From Nitrosopumilus sp. (GTDB taxonomy: Archaea; Thermoproteota; Nitrososphaeria; Nitrososphaerales; Nitrosopumilaceae): a stretch of 64,000 bases of DNA. Below the pieces are notes generated by a model, which was not told where the DNA came from, searched no databases, and worked only from the letters and a program-made list of their open reading frames with translations. A program made the position numbers and the translations under genes. Below are positions 48,506 through 59,857 of this stretch, piece after piece. The DNA lies in NCBI GenBank assembly GCA_965218785.1, contig OZ244650.1:224001-288000 (forward strand), in the 5' to 3' direction. Position 1 is the stretch's first letter. Each line of letters starts with the position of its first letter.

Positions 48506-51500
48506 ATGTTTTTTGTGTATATGCGGTTGTTACTTTTGACTTTTGCCGTTGTATTCTCTTTTGTGATCGGCATGGACTATGCCAATGGAGCAAACAGTGC
48601 CCGCATCTCCCTTGATAGATCAGAATATCCGATACCTTTTGGCACTCCGGATGACTTTGCTACAAATACCAGTAATTCCCCATCTGGCAGATCATTATTT
48701 CCGATTCACCCAGATGGTTTGGATCTAACTCCGGGTTTTGGTATTAGTGAATATATTAACAACGGTGATCTAACTGTTCACATTAGAGTAAACGATCGAG
48801 ACTTTGATGTCAGCTCATCTGATGAGGACGTCATGGCTCAAGATACAGCCACAGGTGTAGGTCCCGTCAAGATCTCCGTTATCAGAGGCTCTGATGAGGT
48901 TGTACTCGGTTATGCTGGCGGTATCACAAGCAACAACGGCTTGATTGACGTTGATGGTGATGATGCTATTACTGCCAGACAATTTGGTCCAATGACAGAA
49001 ATTGCACGAGATGAAGGTATCTTTGAATTTAATCTTACAATCAGATTCACTGACGGTCCGGCATCTGATGTCTGTCCGACAAATGTTGTATATGAACCAC
49101 TTAATGGTCGGACAGGTGGTTCAGAATTAAACAGATTTGATGCAGCAAGTACGGCAGGTGACTATTGTATATTACGGGGAGATATTCTCAAAGTCGAATA
49201 TACAGATCCTGCTGATGCTTCCGGTAATACAAACACTGTTACTGATTCTGCAACCTTTGATCTGAAAGAAGGCGTACTGCAAACTGACAAAGCCGTATAC
49301 GTTATCGGTTCCGATATGATTCTAACCCTCACTGAGCCAGACTTTGATCTTGACAATGACGGTGCAGAGACATATGATTTGGACTTGATTAAATGGGATT
49401 CTGATACAGCAACTACTACCATAGGCAACAGTGGCGGTCGTGATAATGCAGCAGCATTCGATCCAGAACCAACAGCGTTTAGGGAAACAGGTGACAGCAC
49501 TGGCATCTTCCAGGCTACCATCGAAATTCCTCAAGCACTAGGCAATGACAGCCTTGAAAGGGGCGAACTCATTATCTTAGAATATATTGATTGGAGTCCG
49601 CCCACAGCTGCTTATGTGGGTGGTGATTATAACTCTGTAAGTACTACAATCTTTACTTCAAACCTTGGTGCAACTGTTGAGCTTGACCAACGAATCTACA
49701 CATGGACTGACAAAGTCTACATTACCATAACCGCTCCAGATCACAACTTTCACGATGTTCTAGTTGACCGAATAGGTGACGGGGCAGATAATGATCCAAT
49801 AAAGATCTCAACCCGTAATCACGTTCTTAACTACTATAGACTCGTTGAAACCGGAACCGACACAGGCATCTTTTCTGGTAGCGTATCTCTTACAGGATTT
49901 GCATCACATGATGCAGACGGTGATGGCACTAATAATGATGTATCAGGTATTACACGCGGTGTCGGTCCAACTGATGGACTGCTAAGTGCTGAAGATGATG
50001 ACGGACTCACAGTCTCCTTTGAATTCGCAGAGAATGTATTAGCCGTTGCTAGTGCACTCATCAGGTGGAATACAGGCGAGGTTCAATGGCTTGAGTCAAG
50101 CCATCATGCTAGCGGAACAGGTGTTGTAAGAGTAACCGAATCGGATCTGAATTTGGATCCGGATGCAATCGACACCCTTAATGTCAATGTGCGGTCAGAC
50201 TCTAGTGTCCGTGGCATTGATCTTACCGTAACTGAGACTGATCAGGCGACCGGAATCTTCGAAGGCACTGTAAACTTTACAACTACCGGTGAATCATCTG
50301 GTACCACACTCAGAGTCACAGAAGGTGACACTATTACAGCAGAATATGAGGATCACACACTACCTGATCCATACACAACTGCAGACACACTTGGTATTAC
50401 TGCCACTTCACAAATCCAAGGAACTGCAACCACTACTATACAAAATGGGGTAACAGTGGAATTTGACCAGCCAGTCTACACGTGGACTGACAAAGTCGGC
50501 ATTACCATAACTGCTCCGGATTACAATTTGAATAGTAACCAAATTGATGAAATCGGCGGCGGCGGATCTGCTGCAGGTCAAATACAGATTGAAACCAATA
50601 TCGCTGCTCTTAACAACTATAAACTCGTTGAAACCGGAGCCGATACCGGCATCTTTTCTGGTAGCGTGTCTCTTACAGGATTTGCATCACATGATGCAGA
50701 CGGTGATGGCACTGGGGATGATGCATCAGGTATTACACGCGGTGTCGGTCCAACTGATGGACTGCTAAGTGCTGAAGATGATGACGACGGACTTGAAATA
50801 ACCTTCACATTGGCAGAAAATAGAAATATCACCGCTAATGCAATCATCAGGTGGAATATCGGCGTGGTTCAATGGCTTGAGTCAGGCTATCCTGTTTACG
50901 GATCAGGTGTTATAAGAGTAATTGACTCTGATATGAACTTGAATCAAAATGCAGTCGACACCTTTAATGTCGTTGTGTGGTCTGACACTGATGCTGGAGG
51001 TATTGACCTTACTGTAACTGAGACTGATCTGGCAACCGGAATCTTCGAAGGCACTGCAAGATTTACAATTGACGACGATGGCTCTCCCTGGCTCAGAGTC
51101 GCAGAAGGTGACACCGTCACCGCAGAATACAAGGATCATACATTACCTGTTCCATATACAGTTGGAGATGAACTTGACATCCATGCCACCACAATAATTG
51201 AAGAAACGTCATCAACTCCAACTGATTCTTCTCCACCGATCCTGCCACACAGATTGGAGTGGTAATTACATCTGACATAGCCCACGGTACCTCGACTAGT
51301 TCTGATACCATCTCATATACTGCCACATTTGATGAGGTCATTACAGGATTTGACTCGTCTGATATATCCATCTCAGGAACATCCGATACGTCAGGCGCTG
51401 CAAACCTGCATTGGACGGGAACCCGACACACCTTTTATGTAACTGCCACCAGTGATGGTACCGTAATCGTATCGATTCCAGCAGCAGCTGTCACAACTGC

Positions 51501-53052
51501 CGGAAACAAGGAGAATGTCCAATCCAACGAATATTCAATAACAATTGACACGATGCCGCCACAGGTCCAGTCGGCGGGGACCATATCTGGTAATGCTACT
51601 AAGATAACCTTCTCAGAGCCGATTACCGGAACTGCAAGCAACTCTGACTTTACAGTATCAAACAATACAATCTCTTCTGTCTCTGTTGCAGACAGCATCG
51701 CAACCCTGACACTTGGCAGTACGATTCTATATGGTGATAGCATCACCGTATCGTACACGGGTAATACCATCATGGATGCAACAGGCAACATACTTGCCGC
51801 ATTTACAGATAAAGTGATCACAAACAACATCGAAGAGTCTATCACGCCGTCTGTAATTATAACGTCGTCTACTGCAGGTAACGGCGAGACGACCGGTTAT
51901 GGTATCATCTCATATACTGCCACCTTCAGCGAGGATGTCACAGGATTTGAAACATCTGATATTTCCGCGTCCGGTGATGCCGGATTAAACACCCCGGCAG
52001 TTTCAAACTTTGCCGGATCAGGCACATCATATACCTTTGATATACAGGCAACATCTGATGGGACCATCTCCGTTTTGATTCCACAAAACGCAGCAGACAG
52101 TGTTGCATCGATAGGAAGCACGGTCTCTGATACGTACACGGTAACAGTCAGCACAACGGCACCGACTGTCTCATCGGTGAGTGCGACTAGCGGCGGTATC
52201 TACAAGGCAGGAGATACGGTTCTAATTGCAGTGGAATTTAGCCACTCTGTTACCGTCTCTGGTACACCGCATCTCAAGCTAGAGACTGGCGACAGGGATG
52301 CAGTAGCAAAATATACTTCAGGCTCGCCTGGAACATCACTTGAATTCACACATGTCGTATCTGATGAGGAAGAGACAGACGATCTGGATTATGCTGCGAC
52401 TGACTCGCTTTCATTAAACGGAGGTGCCATATCCTCTACTATCAATTCTGCCACATCTGCAATACTCAGCCTTCCACCTACGGGTTCAGCACACGCGCTT
52501 GCATCCTCTGATATCGTAATTGATACCGTTGCCCCACGTATCGTCTCCATTGAGACCACGTCTGACTCTGCAATCAGGATTACGGCATCCGAGCCACTTG
52601 CAGGAAACGCTACAGCGTCTGATTATACCATATCCGGAATAACAGACAGCACCGTGTCTGATGTTGCCATATCTGGAAACAGCATAAATGTAAGAATAGA
52701 TGGCGAGATTACATCTGGCGATAAAGTCAAGATGTCCTATCTTGGCTCGTCTATAACTGATATTGCAGGAAACGCACTTGGCACGTTAGATGACCGCACA
52801 ATTACAAACAACATGGCATCGGATTCTCCGGTCTCTAATCCAAGGGAGTCCGACAACAGTCAGGTGAACACTCCAACACAACCAGACAACAACAATGCGG
52901 TGAACACTCCAACACAGCCAGACGACAAATCAGCAGATCCGGAACCAATATGTGATTCTGGCACGCACCTACTTGACGGCATATGCGTAGTTGACAGTCA
53001 AGACGATATATTTTCAATTATTATCAACTTGTTTGCAGGATTATTTAGCTGA
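48506..53052 (+). CDS. S-layer protein paralogue 2, split by a single-A deletion at about 51247 (frameshift or sequencing error)
   Basis: ORFs 48506-51265 and 51259-53052 are collinear with paralogue 1; CTGCCACACAGATT here versus CTGCCAACACAGATT in copy 1. Confidence 0.85.
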
Positions 53053-53243
53053 TCCTTTACTTATCGGTTTGATTACACATGTCACAGTTGTGTCTGATCT
53101 GTCATACCACCCAATCTACTTGGGAGCAGATCCATGAATCCTACGTGGATAACTAAATGGATTCCCAAACCATCTGAACACAAGGCCCGTCCCAAGACAG
53201 TATTTCCCTGGCATGAAATCAAATAATAATTCAAGGCATAAAA

Positions 53244-54529
53244 TCAGTTTTGAGATTGTTTTACCAGCTTGCGCTTTGACTTTGGTTTAATATCTGCACA
53301 ATCCTCACATAGAATCCTTTTAAAAAACAAAAATTTCCGAAACCAAAAAGTGCAGTTCTTGCAGATTGTTTTCTTGCAGTTCCCGCAGATAAAGCTGTGC
53401 GAGCCAAACGATTTTGGCAGGTGTGCGGTACTGCCGCATGCATTGCACAGCAGGACACTGCCCTCCGTGTCTTCCCCACATATCTTACAGCCATACAGAT
53501 CCGAATCAATCATCACGTCGTGGTTGTTTTGAATCAAAAGGCATGAATATTCGCTTTTGAGGAAGTTTAAAGACAGGTCATGCCTGGGTAAAAACACCTG
53601 TTTTATGTCGTTGATTTGTATGCTTCTAGGGCCGGGGGTGCAGGTTTTTGTATATGAGACGTTGTTTCGTCCCTTATAGGAGATCTTTGCTGTAAATTTC
53701 CGGATAATGTGATCAGTCGCCTTGGATTTTAGGGTGGTAACACCCAAAAGAAAACTGGTCCTCTTATTTTCACGTGTCATTGCGGGAATCTTTGTAGAAT
53801 CCGTCAGTACCGCGTCCCTTAAGAATTCAGATTCTCTGTCTTGCAGAATGTAGCCGTCTTGCGCATTAACGATAAAACGTATGTCATCCTCGTGAACTGA
53901 GTGAATTCTTCCAACACTTGTTGAAAAATCCTGGTGAATACTTGCGCTGACAACATACACGGCATCAAGTGTAAAATTATTTGGAATTATTTGAATCAGT
54001 TCCTGGGCGGTTCTTGGGTGACTCTTAAACGAGCCTATCTTGGCCGATATCCTGTCCCTTATTTCCACCATGTCAGATGCAGGAAAACAAAATATTGTCG
54101 AGTTGTGGGATCCGATTACGATCTTGATTCCTGCCTTTTGTGCAAGTGCAATCAGCCTGTATCTGTCAAACAGTTCTATCGGGGTCTTTTTGGATAAAAG
54201 TTTTGCATGCTGTATTGCCTCATCGGAATACTTTCCGGTGGTAATTATATTCCCCTGGCCGCATGCGATGAGATAACTGCAGAGTGGAGTTTCTGCACTA
54301 TTGGTCTTCCAATTGACGAGTTTGGCTGATGTTTGCATTCTACTACAATACTCTCTCCATCTGGCTGATTAATGATCAAGTCACGTCCGCCATCTGCCAC
54401 GTTGCCAATCCGCCGGACATCACCCCAGTTTGATCTGTGAAATATTCTCTCACAAAGCTGCTCAAATCCAAATCCGTCCATGTCATCAAGATAGGCAGTT
54501 TCAGTTTCCGGCATTATATTTTTTGACAT
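53244..54529 (-). CDS. Mrr-like (type IV) restriction endonuclease with C-terminal Zn-finger, split by a frameshift at about 54247-54251
   Basis: LDDMDGFGFEQLC...ADGGRDL...VVECKH...IGRPIVQKL, then after the shift IITTGKYS.EA...IELFDR..L; C-terminal CKIC..CNAC..H..H.CGNC..CKNC..CEDC. Confidence 0.8.
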
Positions 54530-54788
54530 TAAGATACATGTAAATATATATGAACACAGGTAATCCGATTTTTTTGTACCCCCATGCTAATGGCGATGAG
54601 AATATCAAAGATGGATGCGTAACCACTCCCGGTGTAACTAATAAATGGTTAAACTTGAAGATACCAACATGGATGGGACATGGAACTTTGTTGCAGGCAG
54701 TACCTAGTTTGTTCTTACAATTACAGTCAGATTTGTGGGATTCAATGCTCTCAGGAGGTTTGAGCCCGGACATTGGGGTGAATCTGAT

Positions 54789-56003
54789 ATGTTGAAATAC
54801 ATTTTACTGTCTTTACTTGTGGTACTTGTCACATATACAACCGAAGAAGCAGATGCACAAGATCTTGTTGTTTCTACAGATTATGCCAAGTATGAGTTAG
54901 GCGATATCATACAGGTTAACATTGCAAACACAGGAAACTCTACTGCCATATTTAACTATGAAATAATTAATGAACAAGAAAATATTTTTCCAAAAAAGTG
55001 CATCTCATCTAATGATACATCAAATATTCTTGCAGGACAAACTAGAACCCTCTTGCTTGATACCAAATGTGTTGGATCTCACGCACACGGAAATTGGACT
55101 GTGGTGAGCAAATTAACACATGATGGCAAACCAAGTGAACTTTTTAGCTCTGCCAGTTTTGATATCGTAATGAAGATTTTTTCATGTGGCTCAGATGACT
55201 GTACGATTTCAACAGGTTTTCTTGATCGAAATAACACATCAGAATATCTCCAAAATAATACTGGATGGAATCAAAAAAAATTCTTACGATCTGCACTGTA
55301 TTTATTTTCAGACAGCTTTGGAAATATAGTCATACCGATTACAACGGATGGATCTTACTCGTTAGATATTAAAACTAAAAAAATATCTTTTTTAGACATT
55401 GTTGAGAATCATGAGCGTTTGTATATGTATATTTCAGGAATCAACAAAAATGATCCCACATATTCGAAAACATTTGACATGAGCTATTTAGAAATTTTTC
55501 CAGAGGAAAAAAATATGATAACAATCTCATTTCCAAATATGTTTAATCTGGATGGTTTTTCTTCTGATTTAAGGAAATCAGATTTAGGATTTGATCGTGA
55601 CACATATGATAATACTGTACTCATAGATGGTCCTGTCATACCTGATTTTGGTAATTCTCAGATGTTTACATATGACTTTTTTTTCATTAAACAGTTAGAA
55701 TATTCAACGATTGTAGATAACACACATACGCATACGACAATTCCAAAAGATCGTCCACATCTTTCAATATTTTCTAGTTTTAATGGAACATTTGCTGATG
55801 GTGTTCACACCATGCCTCAACGATTCAGTCATTATGACTACATATTCCCCCCATTAAAGCAAACACAAAACGGGGTGGAACCACAAGATATTCTCTGCAA
55901 GGAACATCTAAAACTAGTATTGCACCCTGATGGTTCACCATCCTGCGTAAAGCCCGAATCAATCTCAAAGTTGATACAGTATGGATGGACAACTACAAAT
56001 TGA
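54789..56003 (+). CDS. secreted hypothetical protein with thaumarchaeal C-terminal PPLKQ...C...CVKP...GW motif
   Basis: Signal peptide MLKYILLSLLVVLV; C-terminus PPLKQTQNGVEPQDILCKEHLKLVLHPDGSPSCVKPESISKLIQYGW. Confidence 0.75.
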   Translation: MLKYILLSLLVVLVTYTTEEADAQDLVVSTDYAKYELGDIIQVNIANTGNSTAIFNYEIINEQENIFPKKCISSNDTSNILAGQTRTLLLDTKCVGSHAHGNWTVVSKLTHDGKPSELFSSASFDIVMKIFSCGSDDCTISTGFLDRNNTSEYLQNNTGWNQKKFLRSALYLFSDSFGNIVIPITTDGSYSLDIKTKKISFLDIVENHERLYMYISGINKNDPTYSKTFDMSYLEIFPEEKNMITISFPNMFNLDGFSSDLRKSDLGFDRDTYDNTVLIDGPVIPDFGNSQMFTYDFFFIKQLEYSTIVDNTHTHTTIPKDRPHLSIFSSFNGTFADGVHTMPQRFSHYDYIFPPLKQTQNGVEPQDILCKEHLKLVLHPDGSPSCVKPESISKLIQYGWTTTN

Positions 56004-56836
56004 AATTAATCTGTGTTAGTCAGGACAATACAAACATTGGAAATTCAGATGGTATAGTATTAATGTCAAGCAGATGATTAGATTAGATCAAAGTAATGTT
56101 AGTAGGAACATCAAATATTTGGAGCCTGTAATTTTTGTAATGAGTAAAACCTTACGAGTGGATACTAGGATCATCAAAAGAACCAATACAGTGAGGTTTA
56201 ATGTGTATTCAATATTGTTTGACCAAAGTTATTGAGACTTGAAAGTATGGATGTCTAGGATTATGTGAGATCTTGAGAGAAGGACCGTTAAGAGAAGAGA
56301 CATGTGCCTTGGATATGAGCCTTACATGAGACATGAGCGCCTTGATTCTTCTGGAGAGTTTATTTCTTCTGGAGTGCCTACATGAAAATCTGAAATGAGG
56401 TGGGTTTGATTCAAAAAATTTCTGGAGAAAATTTTGAGAGGCTGATCGTCGGGCTTTTCTCAAAGTCTGAGACGGTTGGGATATGTCTACCAGAATTTGT
56501 TGCAAATTGAGGTTGTCATATAGATCCGTCAAAATGGTAAAACATTATTTTGGTCATCTTTACATCTGGAAATGTATTTGGGAATATTCTCGTACGGCTT
56601 TACAGCTGCGATACTTTTTGCATGCAATGCGCAGCATTGGATACGGCATAGATTGCTTTCTCCCGATTATTCTTTTTTTGTTGCGTGATCTCTTGAAGCT
56701 ATCCCCAGAACTTATTTTTGCAGGATTTATGGATCTTGCTTTCTCCCGGCACGGTATTTTTGTATCTGCGTTTTGCAGGGATTTTTTGCCGGGCTTTATG
56801 CAGTTTTCAGAAACAGGGTTCTGCATGAAAAACCTA

Positions 56837-56911
56837 CGGGCCCAAAGGGCTTCGATCCCTTGACCATTGGATTAGAAGTCCAACACTCTATCCATGCTGA
56901 GCTATGGGCCC
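56837..56911 (-). tRNA. tRNA-Arg (TCT)
   Basis: GGGCCCATAGCTCAGCATGGATAGAGTG-TTGGA CT TCT AA TCCAA-TGGTCAAGGGATCGAAGCCCTTTGGGCCCG. Confidence 0.95.
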
Positions 56912-56944
56912 AAAAACCTAGCAATCAATTACCATTTTAAGGGT

Positions 56945-57787
56945 TTACAGCCACTTTTTTTGATAATTCTCCCTTTCCATCTTGAAGAGAAATTGTTGCG
57001 CATATCCTGCATAAGGACCAAAATGATTCACGATTCTCCCATGAAGAACATCGTACTGCTTTTCCGTAATTGTTTTTGTATTTAATTCAAACTCATCAAA
57101 ATAATATCTTTTTAAAATTTTGATCATCCATCTATCTAGCGGGAATGCCTCTAATTTGTTCAATGAAAATAACATTACACAGTCTGCAACCTTGTTTCCC
57201 ACACCGGGAATCAAACGGATATTTTTTTTAGCCTCAAAATAATCTGTTTTTTCCATCTCCTCTAGGTCAACCTCCCTGGAATCAATCATCCTTGCTGCCT
57301 GTTTGATGAATTTCGCACGATATCCGACCCCGCATTTTAGAATTTCGCCTGCAGGGGCACATGCCAGTTTTTCCGGCCCTGGAAACAAAGAAAACTCTTG
57401 TTCTTCAAATTCAATTTTTTCTCCAAATTTTTCGGTCATTTTCTCCAAACTAGTCTTGATTTTTTGTATGTTGGAGTTTGAAGATACGATAAAGGAGATC
57501 AGGCATTGGAAGGGATCCTGCCTGAGCAGTCTGAGTCCCGGATACTTTTTTATGGCTTTTTTTGTGGTTTTATCCCTCGAAATTGACTTTATTATCCTCT
57601 CCACATCGTCGTTTTTCCTGAAAAAATCCGTCCTGATGTTCTGATATGATTTGAGGTTTCCCCGGCTATTAACTCTCAGAACGTTTTGACCATTTACTCC
57701 ATACCAGAAATTCCCGTTTTTTCTCCATAGGAACACCTGGCCACTATTAATCGAATCATCAACATTTATGGAATAATTATTTTGCAT
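56945..57787 (-). CDS. 8-oxoguanine DNA glycosylase (OGG1-like HhH-GPD)
   Basis: SGQVF.W, GLRLLRQDP.Q.LISFI.SSN, GVGYRA, IPGVGNKVADC, FPLD, YAGYAQQFLF. Confidence 0.88.
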   Translation of the reverse strand: MQNNYSINVDDSINSGQVFLWRKNGNFWYGVNGQNVLRVNSRGNLKSYQNIRTDFFRKNDDVERIIKSISRDKTTKKAIKKYPGLRLLRQDPFQCLISFIVSSNSNIQKIKTSLEKMTEKFGEKIEFEEQEFSLFPGPEKLACAPAGEILKCGVGYRAKFIKQAARMIDSREVDLEEMEKTDYFEAKKNIRLIPGVGNKVADCVMLFSLNKLEAFPLDRWMIKILKRYYFDEFELNTKTITEKQYDVLHGRIVNHFGPYAGYAQQFLFKMERENYQKKWL

Positions 57788-57788
57788 T

Positions 57789-59054
57789 TCAGGCAGTTAC
57801 TTTCTCATTAACTGCAGGAGCGTGCGCATCCAAACCAAATTTTTCATGAATCTCCCTGGCAAACATATCACATGATTCAGAATCCCCGTGAACTGTCAGC
57901 ACCTTGGGGTTTCCCTTGATTTTTTTGATCATTGCAAATAATTCATTTCTGTCTGCATGTCCTGAAAACTCGAACTGTTTTACCTCTGCTGTAACGTTGA
58001 GATCCTTTCCTCTAGTTGAAACCTTTCCCGTATCCAGTAATTTTTTACCCGGAGTGCCTTCACCCTGATAAGATACCAGGGCAATGCCGTTTTTATCATC
58101 AAATGCCAGCTGTTGTAGATAGTATACCGCATTACCGCCGACTAGCATTCCGGCCGGTGATATCACAACACACGGCTCACCCATCGCCTGTTCCCGCTCG
58201 GCATGTCTTCTAATTGCAGTTGCGCTGCTGATGACCTCTGAAAACATTTTTGGATCCCTTAGGTATTCCGGATGTTTAAGCATTATTTCATTTACCTTCA
58301 GTGCCATTCCGTCCATTATGATTCTATGTTTGAAATTCACACTCTTTAGAATGCAGGCAATTTCTTGGGAGCGTTCCACTGAAAACGACGGAATAAACAA
58401 TATTCCCTTTCTATCCATTACCTCGTTTGCAAATTCCACTAGTTCCTTCTCGGATTCCCTTCTTGGCTTTTGCTCTGTCTTGGCATACGTGCACTCTGTA
58501 ATCAACAGATCAATCTCCCCCACATCCAAATCCATCTCACGCAACATTCTTGAACCGTTTGTTTTGACATCCCCTGTATAGAAAAGACGCTTTTTCTCAG
58601 ATTCCACCAAGACGGCGCCTCCGCCGATTACATGACCTGATTCTCTTAACTCAAAAGTCGCATTTCCCTTTGTGATTTTTTGTTTGAATCCGATCTGCTT
58701 GGCATTTTTCATCATGTTGTTTAATTCAGGCAGATCAAACGGATGTGCATTCTTTTCAATCTTTAGCATGTCTTTTATCAACAGACTTGATAGATCAAAG
58801 GTTGGAGGTGTGGCATAAACATCGGTATTTCCGCTGACAAAAAGGGATGGAACATTTCCGGAATGATCCAGGTGAGCATGGGTTATTATGATGGCATCCA
58901 AATCCTTTGGTTTGACATGAAGCGGATATTTCGGAGGTGTTCCCCTTCTACCAAACATTACTCCATAATCAAGCAGGAGATTTGTTCCATTGCAATTGAC
59001 CAGAAAACCAGACCTGCCAACCTCGTTTGCAGCTCCTAAAACTTTAACATCCAA
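57789..59054 (-). CDS. beta-CASP metallo-beta-lactamase ribonuclease
   Basis: GAANEVGRS, THAHLDHSG, GHVIG, YTGD, ECTY, PAGML.GG, FSGHAD, VHGD. Confidence 0.9.
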   Translation of the reverse strand: MDVKVLGAANEVGRSGFLVNCNGTNLLLDYGVMFGRRGTPPKYPLHVKPKDLDAIIITHAHLDHSGNVPSLFVSGNTDVYATPPTFDLSSLLIKDMLKIEKNAHPFDLPELNNMMKNAKQIGFKQKITKGNATFELRESGHVIGGGAVLVESEKKRLFYTGDVKTNGSRMLREMDLDVGEIDLLITECTYAKTEQKPRRESEKELVEFANEVMDRKGILFIPSFSVERSQEIACILKSVNFKHRIIMDGMALKVNEIMLKHPEYLRDPKMFSEVISSATAIRRHAEREQAMGEPCVVISPAGMLVGGNAVYYLQQLAFDDKNGIALVSYQGEGTPGKKLLDTGKVSTRGKDLNVTAEVKQFEFSGHADRNELFAMIKKIKGNPKVLTVHGDSESCDMFAREIHEKFGLDAHAPAVNEKVTA

Positions 59055-59166
59055 GAATTAAAATGAATTTTTATCTTACGTTAAAACCTTCGGAGTGGGT
59101 TCGATCATTATGCATATTATAGAATCTACAAAAGCTTTAATTAGTGCAAGCTAAGATACGATCCTC

Positions 59167-59379
59167 ATGGGAAGAAGCTTCCAAGAATGGTTAGGACAGC
59201 AAGATCAAGCAGTCGTCGCTAAAACACGTGCCGGTGACGAAGCAAACAAACCGCTCCTAAACCAAATTAACTGGATTTGGGTTAACAATCTGATGAATAA
59301 GAAAGCGGATCTAAATCCTTCTTCTGCTGAATTACTTGACTGGGTTACTTCTGGTCAAATAGACGCAATGAGAAAATAA
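59167..59379 (+). CDS. small hypothetical protein
   Basis: 70-aa ORF with its own TATA-like element and T-tract terminator. Confidence 0.7.
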   Translation: MGRSFQEWLGQQDQAVVAKTRAGDEANKPLLNQINWIWVNNLMNKKADLNPSSAELLDWVTSGQIDAMRK

Positions 59380-59516
59380 ACGTACAAAACGTCATCTTTT
59401 TGTTTTTTAATTTTTTACTCCATCTTTGTGCGTGTCTTTTGATTCGATCAATTTCATAACAGGGTTATGAATTTCAATCATGGTTTAAATAGTCATCATG
59501 AGGTATGGAAACTATA

Positions 59517-59819
59517 ATGCCAATAGCAATACTTCCAGACATTGACGAACAAAGATGTATCGGATGTGCACTATGTGTAGAAATCTGTACAACTCTTGGT
59601 CCCGATGTCCTTAGAGTAAAACCAGTTGAAGGTTGGAAGAGAGGTAAAGCATTTGTATTTTATCCAGAAAGATGTATTTCTGATGGTGCATGCATAGGTG
59701 TATGTCCAACAAAATCAATCTTTTGGATGAGACCAATGAATTACACAGCTGGACAACCAGTACCTCTTCACAAAAACGGTGTCTTCATCAAAGGTTGGGC
59801 AGAAGACGCGGCACTATAA
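59517..59819 (+). CDS. 4Fe-4S dicluster ferredoxin
   Basis: CIGCALCVEIC and CISDGACIGVCP. Confidence 0.92.
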   Translation: MPIAILPDIDEQRCIGCALCVEICTTLGPDVLRVKPVEGWKRGKAFVFYPERCISDGACIGVCPTKSIFWMRPMNYTAGQPVPLHKNGVFIKGWAEDAAL

Positions 59820-59857
59820 GCCGAATCTTTTAGCACATTCTTTTTTCTTATTTTTAA

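Larger units (their letters stand above)
43347..53205 (+). repeat. tandem duplication of an about 5-kb unit (43347-48343 and 48467-53205) including promoter and 3' flank
   Basis: Shared 5' flank AATCATACGATAG..AACAACTCTTAATACAAGACGACATG, near-identical coding tracts, shared 3' flank ending ...CCCGTCCCAAGACAGTATTT. Confidence 0.93.

Noticed and set aside
43386-53052. Diversity-generating retroelement (TR/VR pair) explaining paralogue variation
   Set aside because: The differences I inspected are not restricted to adenines, they span kilobases, and no reverse transcriptase is in the window.
56209-56863. Three overlapping ORFs next to tRNA-Arg(TCT)
   Set aside because: They overlap each other, have atypical composition and show no motifs; none can be supported as coding.
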